64,000 bases of DNA from Synechococcales cyanobacterium M55_K2018_004 (GTDB lineage: Bacteria > Cyanobacteriota > Cyanobacteriia > Elainellales > Elainellaceae), in the NCBI GenBank assembly GCA_015295905.1, contig DVEB01000303.1, forward strand, positions 2,043-66,042, in the 5' to 3' direction. A model generated the notes under the pieces. That model was given only the letters and a program-made list of their open reading frames with translations, was not told the origin of the DNA and made no database searches. The translations under genes were made by a program, and so were the position numbers. Shown one piece after another: positions 26,016 through 35,010 of the stretch. The first letter of the stretch is position 1, and every line of letters starts with the position of its first letter.

Positions 26016-26590
26016 GTATTAAAGACGCTATAAAGATCACTTTATCTGCAATCAAGTTTTTATAGAGATTGCATGTTGTAGCTGTCATTTGTGTGATTGC
26101 AGCAAGGCTGGTTTCTCAAAAGATTTTGCGATTAATTTTGTGCATTTTGGCAAGACAGCTATAGCCAGGCAACTGTATGCTTGAACGTAATGGGTTGCAA
26201 AAGATTTGTTCTGCTTATTTTTCTCAGTTGCTTTGTGTTGATTGGAATGATTTGTTTTCACTCTATTCTTATGTCAGACTCCTATGTCAGACTGACTCTT
26301 TACATTGAATGAGTCTTTGGACTGGAAATCATCTTCAGTGGCTTCATGTTATTTTTTGCAGTGGCAAATTAGCTCCATCCCAGTTTCCTTTTCTAAACTT
26401 GAGGGATATGCATCTACTCATTATTACAAACATATAGCCACTTATTATCGCAGTCAGCATAAGGATGACTTCAAGTTAATTTTTCTGGATTGGAGCCTTG
26501 AATTCTTAGCTTCTCTGTTGATTCAGATTTCTTGCAAGGCTTGTTTCTTGCTTTCTCGTTTCACTGTTTGCCAGCTTCAAGTTTGGACTT

Positions 26591-27244
26591 ATGAGTAGGC
26601 TCATGCAAAGACTAATTAAAGCGATCGCTGATCGGCTGTTTGCGGCAATTCTTCTCCTAATTTTTTCTCCTGTCATTTTGGTCGTGGCGATCGCAGTCTA
26701 CTACACGATGGGGGGCCCTGTATTTTTTACGCAACCTCGTCCAGGTAAAGATGGCCGCGTGTTTCAGTTCTACAAGTTTCGCTCTATGACAAATGAGCGC
26801 GACGCTAAGGGTAACTTGCTGCCAGATGAAAAGCGTATGACGGCCCTGGGATATTGGTTGCGTCAAACCAGCCTAGACGAATTACCCCAGTTATGGAATG
26901 TGCTCAAAGGGGACATGAGTTTTGTCGGACCTCGCCCCTTGCTGGTGGAATATCTGGACTACTACACCCCAGAGCAAGCAACCCGTCACAATGTGAAACC
27001 GGGAATTACTGGCTGGGCACAGACCAACGGGCGTCATAGTTTATCCTGGTCGGAGAAGCTAGCGCTGGATGTCTGGTACGTTAACCACTGGTCACTGGCG
27101 CTAGATCTGAAAATTTTGTTTAGGACAGTTGTCAAGGTGCTGAAGCGCGAAGGCATCGGCATAGCAGGTTGTAATGAAGAGTCTGAACGACAAATTGCTG
27201 CGATCAAGCGGGCCAAACAATTGGCTGCAGTACGCGATCGTTAG
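26591..27244 (+). CDS. Small monotopic phosphoglycosyl transferase (PglC/EpsL/WbaP-C-terminal type; Bac_transf) that would initiate repeat-unit assembly
   Basis: One N-terminal hydrophobic helix, then [24 protein letters not shown]...[23 protein letters not shown]...KPGITGWAQ. Confidence 0.9.
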   Translation: MSRLMQRLIKAIADRLFAAILLLIFSPVILVVAIAVYYTMGGPVFFTQPRPGKDGRVFQFYKFRSMTNERDAKGNLLPDEKRMTALGYWLRQTSLDELPQLWNVLKGDMSFVGPRPLLVEYLDYYTPEQATRHNVKPGITGWAQTNGRHSLSWSEKLALDVWYVNHWSLALDLKILFRTVVKVLKREGIGIAGCNEESERQIAAIKRAKQLAAVRDR

Positions 27245-27315
27245 TTGCTCTGCAGACTAGAAGATTCTGCTCTTCTTCACTGGCCACCGCTGCTCAAAGG
27301 AGTCAATATCCCTAC

Positions 27316-28416
27316 ATGAAGATTCAGGTGATTGATGCATCGAACCCCCTCTGGTCTGAGACCTTGGAGGAGACGCTGAGCCATGATTTTTATCATCTGC
27401 CAGACTATGCTGCATTAGAAGCTAGGTGGATAAAGGCTGTGCCAGAGGCTATTCGCATAGAACAAGGCGATCGCCTCTTTTTCCTACCCTACCTGTTGCG
27501 TCAGTGCAGTCCCTTGTTTGCAGAATCGCCCAGCGATGTCTTCGATGTCGTATCCCCCTACGGCTACCCAGGGGTGCTGATAAATGATGCAGCGGCCCAG
27601 GACGCAGAATTTCTCAACCAGTGTATGCAAGCCCTGCTCCAATTTTTTCGCGATCGCCACATTTGTTCGGCGTTTGTGCGGCTGCACCCTATCCTAAATC
27701 AGCAGTTCGCTGACCAGTACGAGGGTGAGGGATGCTCCTTCCACTCGGAGACTGTTTCTGTCGATTTAACCCTGCCTGCGGAGGAAATCTGGCGACAGAC
27801 GCGACCAGAACATCGCAACAAAATTAATAAGTGCAAGCGAGCGGGTTTTCAGGCGCAGGTCGTCCCTGTGGAAACTGGTCTGAAGTCCTTCACGGAGATC
27901 TATGCCGAGACCATGGATCGGGTAGGGGCATCCCAGTTTTACTACTTTGATGACGAGTATTTCCTGCAACTGGCGCAGGCATTGGGCGATCACCTTCACA
28001 TTTGCCAAGTCGAGTTGGACGGACAAGTTGCCTGTGCCGGGCTGTTCACAGAATGTTCGGGAATTGTGCAGTATCACCTGGGCGGCACCCGGAATACATT
28101 CCTAAAGCAGTCCCCCATGACCCTACTATTTGACTTTGTGCGTTCCTGGGCAAAGGAGCGTGGCAATACATCCTTCCACCTAGGTGGCGGGGTGGGAGGT
28201 GCCCAGGACAGCTTAATGCACTTCAAGACGGGGTTTTCTCACCAGCGGCAACGCTTGTTCCTCCTGCGGTTGGTCGTTGATTCGTCCATCTACCAATCTC
28301 TAGTGGAGCTGCGTGCCAAGGCGCTGAACACCTCCGCAGAGCAACTGCTAGACTCAACCTTTTTCCCTGCCTACCGTTCTCTTGATACAGAGGTGAGCAA
28401 AGCAACATGCAACTAA
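27316..28416 (+). CDS. FemAB-fold (tandem GNAT-like) acyl/aminoacyl-transferase, paralogue 1
   Basis: 366 aa, collinear with the 359-aa product of 32597-33676 (roughly half of the positions identical by eye). Shared blocks are FFLPYLLR, FDVVSPxGYxG, ICSAFxRLHPIxNQ, IVQYHLxGT, WAKERGN, HLGGGVGGAxDSLxHFKxGF and FFPAYRS. Size and context match FemAB-related proteins found in exopolysaccharide loci. Confidence 0.6.
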   Translation: MKIQVIDASNPLWSETLEETLSHDFYHLPDYAALEARWIKAVPEAIRIEQGDRLFFLPYLLRQCSPLFAESPSDVFDVVSPYGYPGVLINDAAAQDAEFLNQCMQALLQFFRDRHICSAFVRLHPILNQQFADQYEGEGCSFHSETVSVDLTLPAEEIWRQTRPEHRNKINKCKRAGFQAQVVPVETGLKSFTEIYAETMDRVGASQFYYFDDEYFLQLAQALGDHLHICQVELDGQVACAGLFTECSGIVQYHLGGTRNTFLKQSPMTLLFDFVRSWAKERGNTSFHLGGGVGGAQDSLMHFKTGFSHQRQRLFLLRLVVDSSIYQSLVELRAKALNTSAEQLLDSTFFPAYRSLDTEVSKATCN

Positions 28417-29942
28417 CTGCTATCGGGCACGCTGGTCTTCAGGTGAAAACAGACCAAGCGACTGTGTTGATTGATCCCTGGTTTTCACCGGAGGGGGCTT
28501 TTCTCGCCTCGTGGTTCCAGTATCCTGACAACCACCATCTCTTGCAGGAAGATATCCTGGAGCCAACTGCCATCGTGATTTCTCACGAGCACCTTGATCA
28601 CCTGGATCCATGGTTTCTTGCCCAGGTTCCTAAGCATATTCCCGTTGTGATTCCAGCCTACCCATCCCCAGTGCTGCGCAACAAAATTTTGAAGGCGGGC
28701 CACCGTCCCATCGTAGAGGCTTTGGCATGGAACTCGGTGAAGCTGGCAGATGATCTGGAAGTCTTCTTTGTGTCTGAAGAGTCGCCGATGAACCACGATG
28801 CTGCCATTGTAGTCATCGCCGATGGCAAAACGCTGGTTAACCTGAATGACGCACGCCTTTCACCGTCTCAGTTGCGCAGCATTCGCACAAAGATTGGCGG
28901 CACTGTAGATGTCGTTACATTGCAAGGAGCAGGAGCCTCGTGGTATCCCATGTGCTACGAGTATTCAGCAGCACAGAAACAGGACTTATCTCGCCGCAAA
29001 CGTCTGGCTAAACTAAACTACGTCGCTCGAGTCATCCGAATCTTAGAACCGATTACAGCAGTTCCCTTTGCTGGCCCCCCTTGTTTCCTTGATCCAGAAC
29101 TGGCCCAGTTTAACCGTGAAATGGAGGATGGCATCTTTCCTGATCCTGTTCAGGTAGCAGACTGGCTAGCAACCCAGAGAATTGTGCAGACGACAGTCTT
29201 ACTACCAGGCGATCGCTGGGATACAGTCAGTCAGAGCAAACAGGCTGATCCCACCTGGAGCAACTTCTCATTTGGCGATCGCACTGCTTACCTGGAGGCC
29301 TACGCTCAGCGCCGCGCCGCTGCCATTGCAGCTGTGTTCGATCGCTACCCAGAACCCACTGAGTCCCTCTGGGAAGCGTTTCGAGCCTATTTTCAACGGC
29401 TGCTGAAAATGAGTGCATACTTTAACGAAAAGATTGGTATGCGCGTCGGATTCGATATCGTTGGGCCGGGTGGCGGTCAGTGGACCGTTGATTTTAGACC
29501 TGGATTTGAAGACGTCTATCCGTACATAAGTGAGTGTAACTATCAATACCGCTTTGCATCGCGCTGGTTGCCGCCACTCCTAAGCGGGGAACTGCCCTGG
29601 GAAGATTTCTTCCTCTCCCTGCGATTTCAGGCGTCTCGCTCTCCCGACGTGTATAACGACCATTTGTTGGGAATCTTAAAGTTTGCCAGCATCGATGCGC
29701 TGGAAGCCGTTGAACAATACGAAAAATCTCTCGATGCTCGCGAACAAATGACCGTCCATTCTGAAGGGAAGAATTATCGTGTCCAGCGCCGCTGTCCCCA
29801 TGCAGGGGTAGACCTGCTAGAAGCTGGTGAAGTTTTGCCAGGGGGCATTCTCCGCTGCTTGGGACACCATTACGAATTCGACCTCGAAAGTGGCAAATGC
29901 ACCACTGGTAACTGCTCTGCGCTGAAAACTCAACGTCTCTAA
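28407..29942 (+). CDS. CMAH/NamH-like metallo-beta-lactamase-fold oxygenase with a C-terminal Rieske [2Fe-2S] domain
   Basis: MBL-type HxHxDH: ISHEHLDHLD. Several blocks are collinear with animal CMP-Neu5Ac hydroxylase as I recall it (detailed in findings). Rieske ligands CPH-x18-CLGH sit at residues 463-487 (nt 29793-29867). The start overlaps the upstream stop (ATGCAACTAA). Confidence 0.55.
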   Translation: MQLTAIGHAGLQVKTDQATVLIDPWFSPEGAFLASWFQYPDNHHLLQEDILEPTAIVISHEHLDHLDPWFLAQVPKHIPVVIPAYPSPVLRNKILKAGHRPIVEALAWNSVKLADDLEVFFVSEESPMNHDAAIVVIADGKTLVNLNDARLSPSQLRSIRTKIGGTVDVVTLQGAGASWYPMCYEYSAAQKQDLSRRKRLAKLNYVARVIRILEPITAVPFAGPPCFLDPELAQFNREMEDGIFPDPVQVADWLATQRIVQTTVLLPGDRWDTVSQSKQADPTWSNFSFGDRTAYLEAYAQRRAAAIAAVFDRYPEPTESLWEAFRAYFQRLLKMSAYFNEKIGMRVGFDIVGPGGGQWTVDFRPGFEDVYPYISECNYQYRFASRWLPPLLSGELPWEDFFLSLRFQASRSPDVYNDHLLGILKFASIDALEAVEQYEKSLDAREQMTVHSEGKNYRVQRRCPHAGVDLLEAGEVLPGGILRCLGHHYEFDLESGKCTTGNCSALKTQRL

Positions 29943-29950
29943 CTGCTGTT

Positions 29951-30676
29951 ATGTCTCCAAGTTCATCTCCCTCGCTTTCCGCCAATCCATCTCCCTGTAA
30001 GCCGTTTACCGATCTCAAGGCGATCGTCTTTGACCTAGACGACACGCTGTTTCCCGAGCACCAGTTTGTGTACAGCGGCTTTCATGCCGTGAGCGACTGG
30101 ATGCGAGACCATTACAACACTGCCAATTTTTTTGACGTCACTTGGCGATTGTTTCTCGAAGGCAAGCGCGGCACCATTTTTGACCAGGCATTAGCGGAGC
30201 TTCAAATTCCCTTTGATGCCGCTCTGATCCGCCAGCTAGTCCAGGTCTACCACAACCACACACCAAAACTGACTCTCCATGAAGATGCTCGCTGGGCTTT
30301 GGAGTATTTCCGATCTCAGAAGAAATTGGGATTAATCACCAATGGCTTTGTGACAACTCAGCAAAATAAAGTCAGAGCCTTGGGCATCGAGTCCTATTTT
30401 GATTTCATCCTGTATTGCGGTACACTGGAGCGAACCGATTGGAAACCTAGTCCAGTTCCTTACCAAAAATGGATGGAAGCGGTGGACTGTGAGGGAGAGA
30501 GCTGTGTCTACGTAGGAGACCACCCTCAAAAAGACTTTGTGGGTGCCCGACACTGGAACTGGAAGACAATTCGCATCTGTCGGGAAGATGGGGAGTATGG
30601 CAAGATGGTGGCGGACGTTGATGATGATGCGGATCTGAGTATCACGTCACTCTATGAACTGCAAAACATTTGCTAA
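29951..30676 (+). CDS. HAD-superfamily hydrolase/phosphatase
   Basis: Motif I IVFDLDDTLF (DxDxT), motif II GLITNG, motifs III/IV K...VYVGDHPQKDF. Confidence 0.8.
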   Translation: MSPSSSPSLSANPSPCKPFTDLKAIVFDLDDTLFPEHQFVYSGFHAVSDWMRDHYNTANFFDVTWRLFLEGKRGTIFDQALAELQIPFDAALIRQLVQVYHNHTPKLTLHEDARWALEYFRSQKKLGLITNGFVTTQQNKVRALGIESYFDFILYCGTLERTDWKPSPVPYQKWMEAVDCEGESCVYVGDHPQKDFVGARHWNWKTIRICREDGEYGKMVADVDDDADLSITSLYELQNIC

Positions 30677-30683
30677 GGGTGCT

Positions 30684-31814
30684 ATGCAAAAGCCAATTCT
30701 TCTCTCGCCCCCCCACTTGGGTGATGACGAACTGAAGTTTGTTCATGAAGCCTTTGCAGCCAACTGGATTGCTCCGGTTGGCCCGCATGTCGATGCCTTC
30801 GAGGCGGAGTTTTGTGAGCGAGTTGGCTGCGGTCATGCGGCAGCCGTTAGTTCTGGGACGGCAGCACTGCACCTAGCGCTTCGGTTGGTCGGTATTGAAG
30901 CAGGCGATGAGGTGCTGTGTTCCACGCTGACGTTTATTGCCACTGCCAATCCCATCACCTACCTGGGGGCTAAGCCCGTCTTTGTGGATAGCGATCGCCA
31001 CTCCTGGAACATGGATCCCCACCTGTTGCAGGAAGCTCTGGAAGCACGCGCTCGTCAGGGAAAATTGCCCAAAGCCGTTGTGCTAGTCCACCTTTATGGG
31101 CAAAGTGCTGACATTGAACCGATTTTGAAAGCCTGTGAAACCTACGACATTCCCCTGGTTGAAGATGCAGCCGAGGCCCTAGGAGCAACCTACCAAGGAC
31201 GGTCACCCGGAACTTGGGGGCGCGTGGGAATCTACTCCTTCAATGGCAACAAAATTATCACCACCTCCGGCGGTGGTATGCTTGTCTCCGATGATAGCGA
31301 GCTGGTCGCTAAAGCACGCTTTCTAGCAACCCAAGCCCGCGACCCTGCTCCCCATTATCAGCACTCTGAAGTGGGCTATAACTATCGGCTCAGTAATGTG
31401 CTGGCGGGCATTGGTCGGGGACAACTGCGGGTTTTGAGCGATCGCATCGCTGCCCGACGACGGAATTTTGAAATTTACCACCAAGCCCTCAGCACCATAC
31501 CAGGGATTGAGTTTATGCCAGAGGCAGCCTACGGCACCGCAACCCGCTGGCTTACCTGCCTGACTATTGACCCGACCGCATTTGGCAAAGACCGGGAAGA
31601 GGTGCGTCTGGCCCTAGCAGAACAGCAAATCGAGGCACGTCCAGCCTGGAAACCCCTGCACTTGCAACCCGTTTTTGCCGATTGCGACTGTGTTGGTGGC
31701 GCCGTCTCAGAGGATATCTTCAAACGGGGATTGTGTTTACCGTCTGGCTCCAGCATGACAGATGACGACCTGCAACGTGTGATTGAAGCCATTGTCGCTG
31801 TTCATCGCCGTTAA
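30684..31814 (+). CDS. DegT/DnrJ/EryC1/StrS-family PLP-dependent sugar aminotransferase (PglE/EpsN-like)
   Basis: Start chosen at MQKPILLSPPHLGDDELKFVHEAFAANWIAPVGPHVDAFE (ATG 30684, 8 nt after the HAD stop). Also GTAALHLAL, SFNGNKIITTSGGGML (Schiff-base Lys region) and YNYRLSNVLAGIGRGQL. Confidence 0.85.
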   Translation: MQKPILLSPPHLGDDELKFVHEAFAANWIAPVGPHVDAFEAEFCERVGCGHAAAVSSGTAALHLALRLVGIEAGDEVLCSTLTFIATANPITYLGAKPVFVDSDRHSWNMDPHLLQEALEARARQGKLPKAVVLVHLYGQSADIEPILKACETYDIPLVEDAAEALGATYQGRSPGTWGRVGIYSFNGNKIITTSGGGMLVSDDSELVAKARFLATQARDPAPHYQHSEVGYNYRLSNVLAGIGRGQLRVLSDRIAARRRNFEIYHQALSTIPGIEFMPEAAYGTATRWLTCLTIDPTAFGKDREEVRLALAEQQIEARPAWKPLHLQPVFADCDCVGGAVSEDIFKRGLCLPSGSSMTDDDLQRVIEAIVAVHRR

Positions 31815-31912
31815 CTGAAACTTGTGCTTTTCACATGGTGCAGGTTGCAATGGCACAATACGCTACCGTAGTCTGTATCTAACTCAGAGCGCAGACGAAG
31901 TTGAGGGACTGC

Positions 31913-32512
31913 ATGAAACTCTATTTTGGCCGCAAGCTAAGGCTGCGTTGGCAACACCTTGCTCTCTTGGTGGGGACGGGTTCGCTGATCCTCACTAGTT
32001 TGATTACGCTACGCCTGCTAATGGCCAGTTTTCAGGCTCCCACGCCCCAGGCCCTCCTTGTGCTAGAAGGCAGCCCCGACCGTGTGCGGTTTGCAGCTAG
32101 CTTTGCCAGCAGTCACCCCAATCTCTCTATTGTTGTGTCAGGCAACCCAAGCGCCTTGGAGCGGAATCAGAGGTTTTTTCAAGAGGCCAATGTTTCGGCT
32201 CAACGGGTCGAGTATGATTTCTGTGCAACCGATACAGTCTCAAACTTTACCTGTACTGTAGATTGGTTTACAAATCGCGGCATTCATCATGTCTACTTAA
32301 CAACCTCAGATCATCATATGCAGCGATCGCGCACCATCGCTTTTCTGGTCTTTGGTAGTCGTGGCATTCTCACCACCCCACTGGCAGTACCTTCCGAAGG
32401 AAGAGAGCAAGAATCGTCGCTAGAGACCCTACGAGATGTGTTGCGCTCTGTTGTTTGGTTAGCCACGGGTTGGTCAAGCGCAAATTTGAACCCTGAACTC
32501 TGGGTTAATTAA
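31913..32512 (+). CDS. DUF218 / YdcF (ElyC/SanA-like) family protein with N-terminal TM helix
   Basis: LLVLEGSPDRVRFAA...IVVSG...DTVSNFTCTVDW...HVYLTTSDHHMQRS is the characteristic DUF218 pattern. The alternative TTG start is at 31901. Confidence 0.65.
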   Translation: MKLYFGRKLRLRWQHLALLVGTGSLILTSLITLRLLMASFQAPTPQALLVLEGSPDRVRFAASFASSHPNLSIVVSGNPSALERNQRFFQEANVSAQRVEYDFCATDTVSNFTCTVDWFTNRGIHHVYLTTSDHHMQRSRTIAFLVFGSRGILTTPLAVPSEGREQESSLETLRDVLRSVVWLATGWSSANLNPELWVN

Positions 32513-32596
32513 AAACCCGTGCAAAATTGCTGCGAGTTTTGCTGAATTTGACGAATCAAACTTCGTGCCAGTATTTGATTAGTATCATCAGCAATA

Positions 32597-33676
32597 TCAA
32601 ACTCTTAGCGGAGAACGATATGCAGGGAAGAAATTTGTCTCCACTAGTTGTTCAACCGACGTCCGCAACCCTTGCGCGTGTAGCTCAACTAGGCGGCGGT
32701 ACTCTTGAGGGTTTGTGATCAGCCGCAAGACTGGCAGTCGGCAGGTTAGAGGCGAAAAACCAGCCTTAAAGTGGAAAAGGCTATCTTTCGCTCCACCCAC
32801 ACCACCACCCAAGTGCATTACCTTATTACCCCGCTCCTTTGCCCAAAAACGAACATAGTCGTTGAGCAAAACACTGGGAGACTGCCTTACAAACTCAGTC
32901 TTTGTCCCACTTAAATGGTATTGAACAATTCCACAGCATTCCGTGTATAAAGCAACGCAAATCACCTGACCTTCGAGTTCAACAACACCCAAATGCAGAT
33001 GTTCACCTAACTCTTCTGCCAATTGATAGAAATAATCGTGGCCAAAGTAAAATGATTTTGCTGCTCCTACCCGATCCATGGTCTCCTCATAGATCGAGTT
33101 AAATACGTCAACATACCCTAGGAGGGATTGCATTTTTGTGACGTAGCCTTCCCGTTTTCGTTTTTTAATGACCTCGCGAAACCCGTGTCTAATTTGCTTT
33201 TGCATCTCTGTTTCAGAGGGCGTTAAGTCAATCATCACAGTTTCCACATTAGCAGTGCAAGCTTCTGAACTATAGATTTCATGGAACCCTTGATTAATAA
33301 TGGGATGAAGCCGCAGAAACGCAGAACAGATACGGCGATCGCCGAAGAACTGAATGATCTGCTCCATCGCCGCTGATATAAACTCTGGTTGCTCTAGAGC
33401 TGCCTGATTAAGCAGAATGCCAGCATAACCATTGGGAGATACTACATCAAACAGATCAGGAATTGCTTCGCCATCTGCCACATCATTGCAGTGTCGCAAT
33501 AGGTAAGGAAGAAAAAATATACAATCTCCTTCCTCCAGCAAAATTGCCTCCGGCGTAGCACCGCACCTCTTAGCTTCCAATGATACATACTGTGGCAAGT
33601 GGAAAATGTCATGACGCAGGGTTCGCACAGTTTCTACCCACAGCGGGTGAGCCGGTTCAAGAACTTGAAGCTTCAT
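32597..33676 (-). CDS. FemAB-fold acyl/aminoacyl-transferase, paralogue 2 (inverted relative to paralogue 1)
   Basis: See 27316-28416. MKLQVLEPAHPLWVETV...FFLPYLLRHC...IVQYHLSGT...HLGGGVGGAKDSLFHFKAGF...FFPAYRS. Confidence 0.6.
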   Translation of the reverse strand: MKLQVLEPAHPLWVETVRTLRHDIFHLPQYVSLEAKRCGATPEAILLEEGDCIFFLPYLLRHCNDVADGEAIPDLFDVVSPNGYAGILLNQAALEQPEFISAAMEQIIQFFGDRRICSAFLRLHPIINQGFHEIYSSEACTANVETVMIDLTPSETEMQKQIRHGFREVIKKRKREGYVTKMQSLLGYVDVFNSIYEETMDRVGAAKSFYFGHDYFYQLAEELGEHLHLGVVELEGQVICVALYTECCGIVQYHLSGTKTEFVRQSPSVLLNDYVRFWAKERGNKVMHLGGGVGGAKDSLFHFKAGFSPLTCRLPVLRLITNPQEYRRLVELHAQGLRTSVEQLVETNFFPAYRSPLRV

Positions 33677-33873
33677 GGTTTATTCCAGTACTGTTACAGC
33701 ATACGAGATCAGTGAACGGGATCCTGCACAGGATGTATGTACTCCTAACTAATCACCCTTGACCAACTGAGGCTTTTAGTTTGCTGCTGAACCTTCATAG
33801 ACATCAATTGTCGAATATCCGCACTTTTTCCCGTTCACTCTATAATACCGACTCCGTCGGTTATTGAGTCGGC

Positions 33874-33922
33874 TTGTTGTGGTGTAAAACGTGCGCTGCG
33901 CGCACGTTTTACACCACAACAA
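33874..33922. terminator. Perfect 23-bp stem / 3-nt loop hairpin downstream of the ATP-grasp gene
   Basis: TTGTTGTGGTGTAAAACGTGCGC tgc GCGCACGTTTTACACCACAACAA, 38 nt below the stop at 33960. There is no flanking U-tract, so it may be a REP/MITE-type hairpin rather than a classical terminator. Confidence 0.35.
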
Positions 33923-33959
33923 ACTGCTTACTTTACAGACGAATTCTGTATAAGACCGA

Positions 33960-35000
33960 TCAAATCTGGCTCAAGAAATCTCCACGATAAGAAAAGTCTC
34001 CTCGTTGAGCAGCGCTTTTAGCATCAATGGGGAAATACATTTCCTCCCAAAAGCGCAAGCAGATGCCCTCCTTCACAGTAGGCGGAGATAACCTTTCCCC
34101 TAGGACGAAATGGCGTACTGCCATTTCTGGCTCATTCAAACCAAACTGAGCACGCACACAAGTCGCACTGCTAAAGCGAGGATTCACTTCAAACACCTTG
34201 GGTCCATCTGGAGTTAGGCGCATTTGCACATTGGCTGGACCAAGCATCCCCAATGCGGCAGCAGCCTGAATTGCAGTTTTACATACCTCCGGATGTTGAA
34301 CACTTTCCATGCGATAACTTAAGCCCGCCATCAAACTACGCTTGAGTGATAGTGCTCCTGCAACATGACCATCGGTTTGGAAGAATAACCCAACAGTATA
34401 TTCTTGGTCATCCGGTAGCAACCGCTCCTGCATCACCGGATCGCGTAGATAGTTTCGGAAGAAATTGAATTCTTCATCATTATGAACCATCACGACACCT
34501 CGACTGCCAGAACTACAGCGGGCTTTCAGCAAGAAAGGATAGGAATGCTTTTGACGAAACGCTTCCAATTGTTCAGGGTCGGTCGGCAACGCTGTGTCAG
34601 GCACAGGTACACCAGCGGCGTGTAAGGCTTTATATGTCAACCACTTATCTAGTCCAACAAGAACACTGCTCGGGTTGAGGGGAGCGATCGCTCCAGAGCG
34701 CTGTTCAAACTCTGCCTTCCGCTCAGCTACCATGACTAGATCCCCTTCCCACCCTGACATGACAATCGCCGCATTCTCTTTGCGACAAACTTCGATCAGT
34801 GCCTCAAAATAAGGCTCTTTATTCTCCCCTCTAGCAGAAGGCAATAGATAGCCTTGATCCAACCGAAATAAGCCGACAGAGAGAGGTTCGGAATCCGTTC
34901 CAACAATTCTAATCGGCAGTTGAGAAGCCCGTAACGCCTTGGCAATTCCAAGTCCAACAGTAGACCCAGCACCGGTAACTACGACAGTGATTTGTTGCAT
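33960..35000 (-). CDS. ATP-grasp ligase (carbamoyl-phosphate-synthase-L-like / PylC-like)
   Basis: N-terminal Rossmann-like VVVTGAGSTVGLGIAKAL. The ATP-grasp core is KWLTYKALHAAGVPVP...YPFLLKARCSSGSRGV...QERLLP...EYTVGLF...NVQMRL...VFEVNPRFS. Confidence 0.75.
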   Translation of the reverse strand: MQQITVVVTGAGSTVGLGIAKALRASQLPIRIVGTDSEPLSVGLFRLDQGYLLPSARGENKEPYFEALIEVCRKENAAIVMSGWEGDLVMVAERKAEFEQRSGAIAPLNPSSVLVGLDKWLTYKALHAAGVPVPDTALPTDPEQLEAFRQKHSYPFLLKARCSSGSRGVVMVHNDEEFNFFRNYLRDPVMQERLLPDDQEYTVGLFFQTDGHVAGALSLKRSLMAGLSYRMESVQHPEVCKTAIQAAAALGMLGPANVQMRLTPDGPKVFEVNPRFSSATCVRAQFGLNEPEMAVRHFVLGERLSPPTVKEGICLRFWEEMYFPIDAKSAAQRGDFSYRGDFLSQI

Positions 35001-35010
35001 ACTTGATAGA

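Noticed and set aside
26305-26598. 97-aa ORF upstream of the phosphoglycosyl transferase
   Set aside because: The region is very AT-rich and promoter-like. The translation has no domain features and the ORF overlaps the next gene's start.
29494-30045. 183-aa reverse-strand ORF spanning the CMAH-like / HAD junction
   Set aside because: It is antisense to two motif-bearing CDSs and crosses their intergenic gap. It has the features of a shadow ORF.
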